NCBI GenBank assembly: GCA_049519415.1
Contig: JBEKQU010000008.1
Location: forward strand, 24,516 to 88,515
From: Spirochaetia bacterium
Lineage (GTDB): Bacteria > Spirochaetota > Spirochaetia > SZUA-6 > Fen-1364
DNA: 64,000 bases
Direction of reading: 5' to 3'
The position numbers and the translations under genes are program-made. Position 1 is the first letter of the stretch; every line of letters starts with the position of its first letter. The notes below the pieces were generated by a model. It had not been told where the DNA came from. It did no database searches and saw nothing but the letters and a program-made list of their open reading frames with translations. Shown here piece after piece: positions 9,120 through 18,922 of the stretch.

Positions 9120-10386
9120 GTGGTTCCCGGGGTATCGGCGCGCGGTCGTCGAACGCCACCGAGGATCCCGCCAGCAGGTTCCGGCCCCGCACCGGGAAGG
9201 GAAGCGCCACCTCGCCGAATCGACCCTCCAGGTTCACTAGTGCCGTATAACGCCTGTTAGTCGATTGATGCCGCCAGCGAAGCACCACCACTCCGGCGCA
9301 CAGTGAAACCAGCTCGAAAATACCGGTTTCCGACTTGACGCGCTTGGAGATCGGAAGAAGCGTGCGGAAGAAATCCAGGAATTCCTCAGACCCGAGGTCC
9401 CAGCGCACGGGATCCTTGGTGAAGAGATCGGGCCGGTCGCGGATGGCGCATTCCTGGCCCATGTAGACGAAGATGAGACCGGGGAGAAGCTGGGAGAAAG
9501 CGGTCCAGTTCTCAAGCCTCTCCATCCCCGCCAGGACGGACGCCGCTCGGGGCTGGTCGTGGTTTTCCAGAAACCGAGCCTTCACCGCGTGCGTCGGGTA
9601 CAGCGTTTCCTGTATGAGGAGATGACGGAGATAGGCGTCCAGCCCGAGGGAGCCGTTGAAGTACCCCTTCAGGTATTCGAAACCATCGTACTCGTAGGTG
9701 ACGTCGAAGGCCTCGTGCAGCTCGGGATCAGATGCCGCGTACCATCCTGCGTCGCGGAGGTGCTTCACGAAGCTTTTCTCAACGCTCTCGGCCATCCACA
9801 CGAGCGGTCGCTTCGCATTCAGCCGGCGTCGTGCTTCACGCCAGAAATCCAGGGGCACAAGGCTTGCCACGTCGCAGCGGAAACCATCCATGCCCTGGTC
9901 CGCCCAGTAGGCGAGGGTCTCGATGAGGTGCTCGCGCAATCCCGCCTGCCCGAAATCCAGGTCGAATACATCCGACCAGTCAGCGACCTTTCGCGCGGGG
10001 TTTCCCTCGGCGTCGTGGAAAAACCATTCCGGGTGCGCGCCAAGGAGCACCGAATCGCAGGAGGTGTGATTGAACACCACGTCCATCATCACCTTGAGGC
10101 CGACGCTGTGCGCCTCCGCGAGAAAGTTTCGAAGGTCATCGATGCCGCCGAGCAGGGGGTCGACGGCGCGATAATCCTTGATGGAGTAGGGACTTCCCAG
10201 ATCGCCTTTGCGGTTGACCGCGCCGATGGGATGGATCGGGGTGAGATACACGATGTCAAAGCCAAGCTGCCGGATCGATTTCAGCCGGGGAATCGCCGCC
10301 GCGATGGTGCCTTCCGGGGTAAAGCTCCGCAGGTAGACCTGGTAAAGTGCGGCAGACCGTATCCACGCGGGTGTGTCATGCGCCAT
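9100..10386 (-). CDS. Alpha-amylase family glycoside hydrolase (GH13)
   Basis: DVVFNHT, DGFRCDVA, MAE and FLENHD conserved regions. Confidence 0.9.
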   Translation of the reverse strand: MAHDTPAWIRSAALYQVYLRSFTPEGTIAAAIPRLKSIRQLGFDIVYLTPIHPIGAVNRKGDLGSPYSIKDYRAVDPLLGGIDDLRNFLAEAHSVGLKVMMDVVFNHTSCDSVLLGAHPEWFFHDAEGNPARKVADWSDVFDLDFGQAGLREHLIETLAYWADQGMDGFRCDVASLVPLDFWREARRRLNAKRPLVWMAESVEKSFVKHLRDAGWYAASDPELHEAFDVTYEYDGFEYLKGYFNGSLGLDAYLRHLLIQETLYPTHAVKARFLENHDQPRAASVLAGMERLENWTAFSQLLPGLIFVYMGQECAIRDRPDLFTKDPVRWDLGSEEFLDFFRTLLPISKRVKSETGIFELVSLCAGVVVLRWRHQSTNRRYTALVNLEGRFGEVALPFPVRGRNLLAGSSVAFDDRAPIPREPLIVQEQ

Positions 10387-10402
10387 TCGCGTGCTCCTTC
10401 CG

Positions 10403-12049
10403 CTAAAAAAGGTAGTCCGTGTTCACGAAGTTGGAGGTCCTCTCCCTGAGGATCTCGCTCAGAAGGCCCGTGTTGATGGAAGTGCCCGGCGCAGCCACCA
10501 TGGAGCGGATGGAGAAGCAGCGCAGCGCATCGGAGACGGAGAGCGTGCCTTCGGCGCTGTCCTTGCGGCCGGTAAAGGGATACACGTCGGGCCCGCGCTG
10601 GCATTGCGCATTGAGATTCACGCGGCAGACCTGGTTTGCCAGGACGTCGATCAAAGGACCGATCCTGCGCGGATCTGTCCCGAAAATGCTTGCCTGCTGC
10701 CCATAGCTTGATTCCACCACGTAGCGGAACACCTCGTGCACGTCGTCGAACACGGCCACCGGGATCACGGGACCGAACTGCTCCACGTGGTACAACTCCA
10801 TGTCGGAGGTCACGGGATACACCACGGAGGGGAAATAGAAGGTCCCATTGGTGAGCCCGCCAAATCGATTCGCGGTCTTTGCGCCTTTTGCCTGGGCGTC
10901 CTTGACCAAGGCCGCCATCCTCTCCACCTTTCCCAGGTCGGGGAGCGGCGTGATCCGAACCTCCGGTTCCCACGGCATGCCGAAAGGCAGCGCGTCCACG
11001 GCGTCGGTGAGACGCGCGATAAACCGCTCGGAAATTGCGCGCTGGACGAACAGGAGCTTCAGCGCCGTGCAGCGCTGGCCATTGAAGGATAGGGCGCCCG
11101 TTACGCATTCCGAGACCGCCAGCTCGACATCGGCATCGTTGAGAATGATGCCGGGGTTCTTTGCGTCCAGCCCGAGGATGCACCGCAGCCGGTTGGGCTG
11201 GGGGTGGAGGCGCTTCAATTCGTTCGCCGTTCTCGACGTCCCTATGAAGGCCAGGGCCGCCACGTCCCCCGTTTCCATGATCGGCCCGGCAAGCTCCCTG
11301 CCGCTCCCGTTGACGATGTTGACCACCCCCGGCGGAAAGCTCTCAGCGAAACAGCTCAGGAGAGGCGCCTGGCAGAGCGCGCCATAATGGGGCAGCTTGA
11401 CAACAACGGTGTTCCCCATTGCCAGGGCCGGGATCAGCGTGGTGAAGGTCTCGTTCAGCGGATAGTTGAACGGCCCCATGCAGAGCATCACGCCCAGCGG
11501 GGCCCTGCGGATGTGGGCCAGCACGCCGGCATTCGCTGAAAAGCGCGCCCCTGCCCTGTCGACCTCCTTGAGCGCTTCCACCGTATCGGCAACGTACTGC
11601 ACGGTCCGGTCGAACTCCTTCTCGCTGTCGGCCCTGCTCTTGCCGATCTCCCACATGAGAAGCCGCACTGACTCCTCACGCACGCCGCGCATCCGGGCAG
11701 CGAAACTGGCGATCGCCTCAACGCGGCCTGCCACCCGCATGCCGGGCCAGGGGCCGCGGCCGTGGTTCCATGCGTCGCGGGCGGCATGCAGCGCGTCGAT
11801 GGCGGCGCTCCTGTCCAGCCGGGCAGCGGGACCGATGACACGCTGGCTCACGCCGCCGGAATCGTTTCTCAGGCACGGCGCTGACAGCATCTGGGCGGTC
11901 GCCCCCGCCCATTCACGGATCTCTCCGTTGACAAGGTACCGGGTGCCCTTGCCGTACAGCCCTGCGTCGGGGGCGAAATCGGCGTCGCGCGGCACATCGG
12001 CAAGCCGGGGAAAGAGTGAGGCGACCCTCTTTTTTACGTCGGTTTCCAT
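10403..12049 (-). CDS. gapN: NADP-dependent non-phosphorylating glyceraldehyde-3-phosphate dehydrogenase (ALDH family)
   Basis: GPFNYPLNET, LGLDAKN, FNGQRCTA, EQFGP, PFTGRKDS; upstream TTGACA-N17-CAAGGT-N6-ATG. Confidence 0.85.
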   Translation of the reverse strand: METDVKKRVASLFPRLADVPRDADFAPDAGLYGKGTRYLVNGEIREWAGATAQMLSAPCLRNDSGGVSQRVIGPAARLDRSAAIDALHAARDAWNHGRGPWPGMRVAGRVEAIASFAARMRGVREESVRLLMWEIGKSRADSEKEFDRTVQYVADTVEALKEVDRAGARFSANAGVLAHIRRAPLGVMLCMGPFNYPLNETFTTLIPALAMGNTVVVKLPHYGALCQAPLLSCFAESFPPGVVNIVNGSGRELAGPIMETGDVAALAFIGTSRTANELKRLHPQPNRLRCILGLDAKNPGIILNDADVELAVSECVTGALSFNGQRCTALKLLFVQRAISERFIARLTDAVDALPFGMPWEPEVRITPLPDLGKVERMAALVKDAQAKGAKTANRFGGLTNGTFYFPSVVYPVTSDMELYHVEQFGPVIPVAVFDDVHEVFRYVVESSYGQQASIFGTDPRRIGPLIDVLANQVCRVNLNAQCQRGPDVYPFTGRKDSAEGTLSVSDALRCFSIRSMVAAPGTSINTGLLSEILRERTSNFVNTDYLF

Positions 12050-12093
12050 GAAGCTACCTTGGCCGCGGCGCGGGCCGGTGTCAAGCGTGATCG

Positions 12094-12606
12094 TCAGCTC
12101 TTCCCATTCAGCAGCAGCTCCATGATGGCCACGTCGAGCAGCCGGCCAAACTTTGTGCCGACCTCCTTCAGAGTGCCCACTACGGAAAAGCCGCAAGCGG
12201 CGTGCAGCCTGATGCTCGCCAGGTTGTCCGCTGAGATGCGCGCCAGCAGCGCGTGGCAGCCATGTTCCCTGCCCGCATCAATCAGGGCCTGGAGGAGCAG
12301 GCGTCCCACGCCCCTTCTCCTGCACTCCTCCTCGACGTAGACCGATACCTCCACTGTTTTTCCATAGGCTGCCCGGTCAGACCAAGGGCTGAGAGAAGCC
12401 CAGCCGCACACCCTGCCCCCTGATTCGGCAACAAGCACAGGATGGGAAGCATCATGAAGCCTGAACCATTTCGTGTGCTCGGCGGGAGTGCGCGGCTGGG
12501 TGTCATACGTTGCGGTTGAGACCAGCACTTCGTGGTTGTAGATGTCGAGGATCTTGGAGAGATCATCAACGCCGGCAGGGCGCACCGAAATCGGGTTTAC
12601 ACTCAA
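12094..12606 (-). CDS. GNAT N-acetyltransferase (phosphinothricin/methionine sulfoximine acetyltransferase-like)
   Basis: IYNHEV, EVSVYV, RRRGVG, NLASIRLH, VGTKFGR. Confidence 0.85.
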   Translation of the reverse strand: MSVNPISVRPAGVDDLSKILDIYNHEVLVSTATYDTQPRTPAEHTKWFRLHDASHPVLVAESGGRVCGWASLSPWSDRAAYGKTVEVSVYVEEECRRRGVGRLLLQALIDAGREHGCHALLARISADNLASIRLHAACGFSVVGTLKEVGTKFGRLLDVAIMELLLNGKS

Positions 12607-12744
12607 GGGACTGCCTCGCGGAACATGGCCGTAGTAGAGCAGATCGCCCCGACCCGCGCAAGCGCGCGCCGCCGCTTGGGTGGCAGCCGCGCCTTCCGTG
12701 GTGCTCCATGGAGTTGCGCGGCGAAAACCTCAGGAGCGCTAGTC

Positions 12745-12773
12745 TTGACCCTCTCCCCCTGCGCCACTATCCT
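12745..12773 (+). promoter_or_regulatory. sigma70-type promoter of the XPB operon
   Basis: TTGACC-N17-TATCCT, 16 nt before ATG 12790. Confidence 0.65.
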
Positions 12774-12789
12774 GTTTGCGCCTTTCACC

Positions 12790-14586
12790 ATGACAGGGAA
12801 CACGAACCAGCCGACCGCCGTCAACGACCGATCCGAAAGGGACGGCGAGGGGCCCCTTATAGTCCAGGGCGACCGCACAATTCTTGCCGAGGTGGCGAAT
12901 CCCCGGTACCCAGAAGCGCGTGATGCTCTTGTGCGCTTCGCCGAGCTGGTGAAGTCCCCCGAGCACGTGCACACCTACCGCATCACCCCCCTGTCCATCT
13001 GGAACGCGTGCGCCGCGGGCGAAAACGCCGGTCAGATCGTGGGGGCGCTTCGCTCCCTCTCTCGCTACCCCGTTCCCGACCACATCGCCTCGGAGATCGA
13101 GGACTATGCCGGCCGGTTCGGCAGCCTCACGCTGGCAAGGGAATCGACTGGCCTGGTCCTGCGCTGCCGTGATCGAGGGCTGGCCGCGCTCGTGGCGGCG
13201 GACCGGCATTCGGCGCTGCTGCTGGGGGACCGCATGTCGGACACCTCATTCAAGGTGGCGCCCGAGGCGCGCGGGCAGCTCAAGCTGGCGCTGATCCGCA
13301 TCGGCTATCCCATAGACGACCAGGCGGGATACGCCGCCGGTGAGCCCTTCACCTTCTCCCTGAGGACGGCGACGCTCTCCCGGGCCCAGCCCTTCGCCGC
13401 CCGGCCCTATCAGCGTGAAGCGGCGGCCGCGTTCCATGCGGGGGGCACGGAGCGCGGCGGCTCGGGCGTGATCGTCCTGCCGTGCGGGGCGGGCAAGACA
13501 ATAGTCGGCATGCTCAGCATGGCCCTGCTGCAAACCTCCACTCTCGTGCTCACAACGTGCGTTACCGCGGCGCGGCAATGGATCGCGGAGCTGACTGACA
13601 AGACCGACATCGACCCCCGCCAGATCGGGGAATACACGGGGCAAAAGAAGGAGGTGCGGCCCATCACGATTTCCACCTACCAGATGCTCACCCACCGGGG
13701 CAGGCAGGAGGAGCGCGGCAGGGAGGAGGAGGGCGGCCAGGCCGACGCGGAGGATGAGGCCGGCAGGGGACGGTTCCCGCACCTTGCCCTTTTCAATGAA
13801 AAAGACTGGGGCCTGATCATTTACGACGAAGTCCACCTGCTGCCCGCCCCCGTGTTCCAGGTCACAGCGTCCCTGCAGGCGCGCCGAAGGCTCGGGCTCA
13901 CCGCGACACTGGTGCGCGAGGACGGCAAGGAGGACGACGTGTTCGCCCTCATCGGACCGAAGAAATACGACGTGCCGTGGAAGGAGATGGAAAAGCAGGG
14001 ATGGATCGCCAAGGCGGTCTGCACGGAGATCAGGGTGCAGCTTCCCGAGCGCATGCGCATGAGCTATGCCGTGGCTGACGCGCGGACCAAGTTCCGCATG
14101 GCATCGGAGAACCCGGTCAAGCTGGACGCGGTGAAGGCCATCCTCGACGCGCACCCGGGGGAGCCCGCTCTTGTGATCGGCATGTATCTGGACCAGCTCG
14201 GCGAGATCGCCCGTCCCCTGGGGCTGCCCGTCATCACGGGCGCCACCCCCCAGCGCGTCCGCGACAAGCTCTACGCGGACTTCAAGAACGGCGCCATCCG
14301 GATCCTCGCGGTGTCCAAGGTGGCGAACTTTGCCGTGGACCTTCCCGAGGCGAGCCTCGCCATCCAGGTGTCCGGCACCTTCGGGTCGCGCCAGGAGGAA
14401 GCGCAGAGGCTGGGCAGGATCCTGCGGCCCAAGGAGCTGGGCAACCAGGCCTTCTTCTATTCCCTCGTGTCGCGCGACACCGTGGAGCAGGAGTTTGCAT
14501 TGAAGCGGCAGCTCTTTCTCTGCGAGCAGGGATATGCCTACGCCATTCGGCTGGCCGCGCCCGGGCCGAAGGAAGCAGGCGTATGA
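12790..14586 (+). CDS. Bacterial XPB/Ssl2/Rad25-like SF2 DNA helicase
   Basis: N-terminal PLIVQGDRTIL...KSPEHVHTYRITPLS; Walker A LPCGAGKT, DEVH, GLTAT, RED, QRLGRILR. Confidence 0.93.
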   Translation: MTGNTNQPTAVNDRSERDGEGPLIVQGDRTILAEVANPRYPEARDALVRFAELVKSPEHVHTYRITPLSIWNACAAGENAGQIVGALRSLSRYPVPDHIASEIEDYAGRFGSLTLARESTGLVLRCRDRGLAALVAADRHSALLLGDRMSDTSFKVAPEARGQLKLALIRIGYPIDDQAGYAAGEPFTFSLRTATLSRAQPFAARPYQREAAAAFHAGGTERGGSGVIVLPCGAGKTIVGMLSMALLQTSTLVLTTCVTAARQWIAELTDKTDIDPRQIGEYTGQKKEVRPITISTYQMLTHRGRQEERGREEEGGQADAEDEAGRGRFPHLALFNEKDWGLIIYDEVHLLPAPVFQVTASLQARRRLGLTATLVREDGKEDDVFALIGPKKYDVPWKEMEKQGWIAKAVCTEIRVQLPERMRMSYAVADARTKFRMASENPVKLDAVKAILDAHPGEPALVIGMYLDQLGEIARPLGLPVITGATPQRVRDKLYADFKNGAIRILAVSKVANFAVDLPEASLAIQVSGTFGSRQEEAQRLGRILRPKELGNQAFFYSLVSRDTVEQEFALKRQLFLCEQGYAYAIRLAAPGPKEAGV

Positions 14587-16364
14587 AGCTCTTCCCCACT
14601 GATTGGCAGGGATTCCTTGACGAGCTTGCCACGTGGGGCGAGCTGTCGATCCTCGCTCGGCGGGCATTCCTGGACGGGATCGTGCCCGGAATTTCGATTG
14701 AGCCGGGACGCGGCGATCCGGCGCTTGCCGAGCTGCGCGACGTGGGGTACCTGGCAGAATCGGAGCGCCAGGGCGCCCTGGCCGTGGCCGAGAGTCTTGC
14801 CCCGTTTCACCAGGTCCTGAAATCGCTGCAGAAATACCCCCTGTTCGAAAGCCCCGGCCTGGCGGTTCTCTGCTCGTATCTTGCGGAGCACTACTCGCCG
14901 CAGGAACGCTCCCAGCTCCACGAATCCCTGGCCCTCCTGCCGAACGATCTTCCCCGGATCGCGGGGTTTGTATCATCCGTGGAATGGTTGAAGGCGGCTT
15001 TTACGCGCAAGGCTCGGCCCCCTGAGGCGGCCGAGCAGGAGACGGCGCGGCAAATGCTCGCCTTCTTCACGGAGCAGAGGGACCGGATCCCCGTGCGCGA
15101 CCTGGAGGAATATTTCCCTGCCGCGGCGCGGGAGAGCCTCTGCGCCGGTATCCGGCAGGGGATCCAGCGGGCGGTCTTCTTCCTCGGGCTTCGCCGCTCC
15201 GATCTGGAGCCGCTCGTGGGCATCTGGCCTGCCGCCGCGCGACGGCTGCGCAGGCTTTCCGTGGTCCTCGCGCCGGAACCCGTGAAGGTCAGCCAAACCT
15301 TCCGGCATCCCTTCCTTATCGAGGATATGACGAGCATCCTCGTCGCGGCCCAGGCCGCGCCGATCCCCCTTCGGCGCGGCGACGACAGGCCTTATTCCCG
15401 GTTCGTGGAAGAGGCGGCCGCTACGCTCCTCACGCTGCCGGAGTGGCTGGAAGGCTTCACGGGGCTGTCGTTGGAAGCTCGGATAGGGCTCTCGCTGCAG
15501 GCCTTGCGGCTTACGGGCCTCCTCATGCCCGCGGAAGCTGTACCCGGCGCGCCCCTGGTGCCGGGGCCGCGAGCGGGTGAGTGGATGCGGAGGCCGCTTG
15601 CTGAGCGGCAGGAGAGCGCCATGGCGGCAATCTCCGGAGCGCACGGCAGGCAGCCGCGTCTGTTCGATCTGCTGGAAGAGGAATGGACCTCGGCCGCCGG
15701 AGCTCAGGCCCAGATCCTCCCCTGGCTCGAGCAGGCCTTCTCCTTTGTTCCCGTCACCACGTTCATCCGATTCGCGGATTTCGCCGAATACCAGGCAGCC
15801 ATCGGCAGCCCTCTTGCATCGTCAACGCTCGCAGGTCCGGACGCGCATCCAGACGATGCCATCGACGTCGCTCCCGGGCTCGCCACGGAAGAAGCCATGG
15901 AGGAGCTGTGGAAATCCTTCCTTGGAATCTTCCTCGGCCGCTGTCTCCTGTCGCTGGGCGGCGCCGAGGCCGGGATCACAAACGAGGGCAAGCCCGGCTT
16001 CCGCATGACCGATGTCGGACGGATGCTTCTCGGGCTTCCCCGGGACGGCCTGCCCGATCCCGGGGGGGCAGAGCCGGGCGCCGCGGCGCTGGTGGTTCAG
16101 CCGAACTTCGAAATAATCTTTCTCTCGCCGTCGCCCGGCGCAGAGGCGGAGCTAGGCAGATTCTGTGAACGGATCGGACGGGAGGTGGGCGTGCTGTTCC
16201 GCATCACGCGGCAGTCCCTCCAGAAGGCGGGCGCGGCGGGCCTGGAGGCCGGGCAGGTGCTCGCCGCTCTCGCGCGCGGATCAAGGAGCCCGCTGCCGGC
16301 TAATGTGGAGCACGAGATCCGGGGGTGGATGGCGGCCCGGAGCAGCGACGAGGAGGAAACATGA
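14583..16364 (+). CDS. XPB-associated protein with C-terminal helicase-associated (Helicase_C_3-like, Tfb2/p52-like) domain
   Basis: C-terminal LVVQPNFEI...FRITRQSL...PLPANVEHEIRGW resembles the XPB N-terminal domain; ATGA overlap. Confidence 0.7.
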   Translation: MKLFPTDWQGFLDELATWGELSILARRAFLDGIVPGISIEPGRGDPALAELRDVGYLAESERQGALAVAESLAPFHQVLKSLQKYPLFESPGLAVLCSYLAEHYSPQERSQLHESLALLPNDLPRIAGFVSSVEWLKAAFTRKARPPEAAEQETARQMLAFFTEQRDRIPVRDLEEYFPAAARESLCAGIRQGIQRAVFFLGLRRSDLEPLVGIWPAAARRLRRLSVVLAPEPVKVSQTFRHPFLIEDMTSILVAAQAAPIPLRRGDDRPYSRFVEEAAATLLTLPEWLEGFTGLSLEARIGLSLQALRLTGLLMPAEAVPGAPLVPGPRAGEWMRRPLAERQESAMAAISGAHGRQPRLFDLLEEEWTSAAGAQAQILPWLEQAFSFVPVTTFIRFADFAEYQAAIGSPLASSTLAGPDAHPDDAIDVAPGLATEEAMEELWKSFLGIFLGRCLLSLGGAEAGITNEGKPGFRMTDVGRMLLGLPRDGLPDPGGAEPGAAALVVQPNFEIIFLSPSPGAEAELGRFCERIGREVGVLFRITRQSLQKAGAAGLEAGQVLAALARGSRSPLPANVEHEIRGWMAARSSDEEET

Positions 16365-17497
16365 GGCGTCCCCTGCTGGGCAACTATCAATCGCTGGTCA
16401 ATTGGAATGAATCGCAGTGCAGACGGCCGCTGTCCCTGCTGGACGGTAGGTGGAACGACCTGGAGGCGTGGAGAACGCAGGCGCGCGCCAAAGTCCACGA
16501 GCTGCTGGCCTATGAGCCGCCCCCCTGTCCGATGGACGCGGCGGTCGTGGAGGTGACAAACCGGGACGGCCTGATCACGGAGCGGGTGAGCTGGGCGCAG
16601 CCGTTCGGTCCCCGTACCGAGGCTTTCCTCGTGCGGCCCGCGGGATGGACGGAGAAGCTCCCCGGCGTGGTGGCGCTGCACGATCACAGCGGCTTCTATT
16701 ACTACGGGAAAGAGAAGCTCGTGGCTCTGGATGACGAGCCCGAGATCATGCGGGAGTTCAAGAAGCTGACCTATGGAGGGGCCTCCTGGGCAACCGAGCT
16801 CGCGCGTCGGGGGTACGCGGTTCTGGCGCCCGACGTCTTTCTCTGGGGCTCCCGCAGGATTTCTCCCGAATCCGTTCCCGAGCAGTACGTGCGGAAGGTG
16901 GAGCTGGAAAAGCCCGGCACCCGCGCATACATCGAGGCATACAACCAGTTCGTCGCGGAATATGAGACCTTTGTGGCAAAGACGCTGTTCCTCTCCGGCG
17001 CCACGTGGCCTGGAATTATGGCATGGGAGGACAGGCGGGCGCTGGACTACCTCGCTTCCCGACCCGAGGTGGACGCTGGCCGGTTGGGCTGCGCCGGACT
17101 CTCCGGCGGAGGCCTGCGCACGATCTATCTCTCAGGCCTTGATCCCCGGATCCGGTGCGCGGTCTGCGTGGGATTCATGTCCACGATTGGGGAAATGCTC
17201 GACGATAAGGTCCGAATGCACACCTGGATGTTCCACGTTCCCCACCTCTCAGCGCTCCTGGACCTCCCGGACATCGCATCGCTGCATGGCCCCCAACCCT
17301 TGATGCTGCAATGCGACCGCGACGATCCCCTCTGGACGCTCGCCGGACAGCAGCAGGCCGATGCAAAGCTGAAAAAGATATACGCGGCCATGGGCGCGGC
17401 GGACAGCTACCAGGGGATGTTCTATCCAGGGCCGCACAAGTTTGACCTCCCCATGCAGAAGGACGCGTTCGAGTGGTTCGACAGGTGGCTGGAATAA
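16361..17497 (+). CDS. Alpha/beta hydrolase (dienelactone hydrolase/acetyl xylan esterase-like)
   Basis: ALHDH, GLSGGG nucleophile elbow, DPL, GPHKF; RBS AGGAGG. Confidence 0.8.
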   Translation: MRRPLLGNYQSLVNWNESQCRRPLSLLDGRWNDLEAWRTQARAKVHELLAYEPPPCPMDAAVVEVTNRDGLITERVSWAQPFGPRTEAFLVRPAGWTEKLPGVVALHDHSGFYYYGKEKLVALDDEPEIMREFKKLTYGGASWATELARRGYAVLAPDVFLWGSRRISPESVPEQYVRKVELEKPGTRAYIEAYNQFVAEYETFVAKTLFLSGATWPGIMAWEDRRALDYLASRPEVDAGRLGCAGLSGGGLRTIYLSGLDPRIRCAVCVGFMSTIGEMLDDKVRMHTWMFHVPHLSALLDLPDIASLHGPQPLMLQCDRDDPLWTLAGQQQADAKLKKIYAAMGAADSYQGMFYPGPHKFDLPMQKDAFEWFDRWLE

Positions 17498-17581
17498 AGG
17501 GCCGCAATGCCATGAGAACCGCACCGCGAGAGGCGCCGTGCGGGAAGTCAATCAGGTTCTCATTTCGTTCCCATCACAGGC

Positions 17582-17613
17582 TTGACGCGTATGGGAATAT
17601 GGTTATATGTTTT
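17582..17613 (+). promoter_or_regulatory. vapBC promoter/operator
   Basis: TTGACG-N18-TATGTT, 7 nt before ATG 17619; TATG repeated with 8-bp period at 17590, 17598 and 17606. Confidence 0.6.
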
Positions 17614-17618
17614 CCTGT

Positions 17619-17870
17619 ATGAAGACAACCGTGGATCTGCCGGACGAGCTCCTGATCCGTGCCAAGAAGCGTGCCGCGGAGACGCGCACTCCGCTTCGTG
17701 TGTTGATCGAGCGGGGTCTCCGTCGGGAACTGGCCTCCTTCTCCGCCGGCCGGCGTGCCCGGCGCATTCCCCGCAAGATTAAGTGGGTCGTGGCTCCCGG
17801 CGGGCTTCCCCCCGGTCTCGATGTGTCCGACCGCGCCTCCCTGCACGATTGGATCAGGTCGCAAAGATGA
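17619..17870 (+). CDS. vapB: VapB-type ribbon-helix-helix antitoxin
   Basis: MKTTVDLPDELLIRAKKRA RHH pattern; overlaps the PIN toxin gene (ATGA). Confidence 0.8.
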   Translation: MKTTVDLPDELLIRAKKRAAETRTPLRVLIERGLRRELASFSAGRRARRIPRKIKWVVAPGGLPPGLDVSDRASLHDWIRSQR

Positions 17871-18304
17871 TTGCGGTCGACACCAACCTTCTTGTCTACG
17901 CGCACCGTGCCGGGTGCCCCGAGCACGAAGCGGCACGTCGCGCGATCGAGGACGCCGCGAACGACGCGAGTGGGTGGGGAATTCCTTCCCCCTGCCTTTT
18001 CGAGTTCTGGAGCGTGGTCACGCATCCCTCCAGCATCGGCGGCGGATCAAGCCCCGCATTCGCTCGAGGATTCATCGAAGCGCTGATTGAGACGGCAGGG
18101 GCGACGATCCTTTCCCCGCCCCCGGCCCTGGCGCCTCGGTGCCTTCAGCTTGCGGAGCAGCTTGATGTCCGCGGTCCGCGCATCTTCGACCTGCAGATCG
18201 GTCTTGTCGCCCTCGATGCCGGGGTAACCGAGATCTGGACGCACGATGCCGGCTTCATCGGTCTTCCCGGACTGAAGGTTTTTAATCCGCTGCACTCAGC
18301 GTGA
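17867..18304 (+). CDS. vapC: VapC PIN-domain toxin
   Basis: MIAVDTNLLVYA, EFWSVVTH, FDLQI, WTHDAGF. Confidence 0.88.
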   Translation: MIAVDTNLLVYAHRAGCPEHEAARRAIEDAANDASGWGIPSPCLFEFWSVVTHPSSIGGGSSPAFARGFIEALIETAGATILSPPPALAPRCLQLAEQLDVRGPRIFDLQIGLVALDAGVTEIWTHDAGFIGLPGLKVFNPLHSA

Positions 18305-18408
18305 GATCTCCGTGCCGGCTTGGCGCTCGTGGCAATTCTCGTGCCGGGCTTGAGGCGCCGGTAGAACATGGCGAATCTCCTACCGGTTGAGTCGAGCCTC
18401 TCCTCCTG

Positions 18409-18921
18409 CTAGCACCCGATCATTCGGTCATCGAGAGGCCATTTCAGAGCATTGAATATGAGATTTCCTTCAGAAATCGTCGGTGCAGTGATTTCGCCAT
18501 CCTTGACAAGCTGTGCCGCGGGAATCCATTTCGGGTTCTTCGGATCCGGATCCCAGAAGCTCAGGTTCTTCAAAATGTCATCACCATTCTTGAGCTTTGT
18601 CACCTTCGTTATATAATCGAGCGGGATCACGACCGTGATTTCCGGCATCGAGAATTGTGGAAGGGGTTTGGCACCCACCTGGATTTTCGCTTTGAGATAC
18701 ATGTCCAGATTGACGAAAGGCGTCTTCCCTGATCTTGAGACGCCAAGCTGAAAACCTTCCTTTATATTGATCATCTGGGCGTGAAACTCATATTGGGCGG
18801 TTTCAATGTCAACTTTCCCCGGTATATTGACAGTGATCTTCTGCGCAAAGACAGCCCCCCCTGCAATTCCGAAAAGTATGAGGGCGCACGCCACGCCGAC
18901 CCAAAAGCTCTTCCTACTCAT
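18409..18921 (-). CDS. Secreted hypothetical protein (170 aa) coupled to the upstream STAND gene
   Basis: Signal peptide MSRKSFWVGVACALILFGIAGGAVFA; AGGAGG RBS inside the end of the upstream gene; no family recognised. Confidence 0.75.
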   Translation of the reverse strand: MSRKSFWVGVACALILFGIAGGAVFAQKITVNIPGKVDIETAQYEFHAQMINIKEGFQLGVSRSGKTPFVNLDMYLKAKIQVGAKPLPQFSMPEITVVIPLDYITKVTKLKNGDDILKNLSFWDPDPKNPKWIPAAQLVKDGEITAPTISEGNLIFNALKWPLDDRMIGC

Positions 18922-18922
18922 G

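Noticed and set aside
18331-18346. CGGCAC-N5-TTGCC sigma54-like motif on the minus strand
   Set aside because: It points antisense into vapC with no gene to drive and lies within a local repeat; likely chance in GC-rich DNA.
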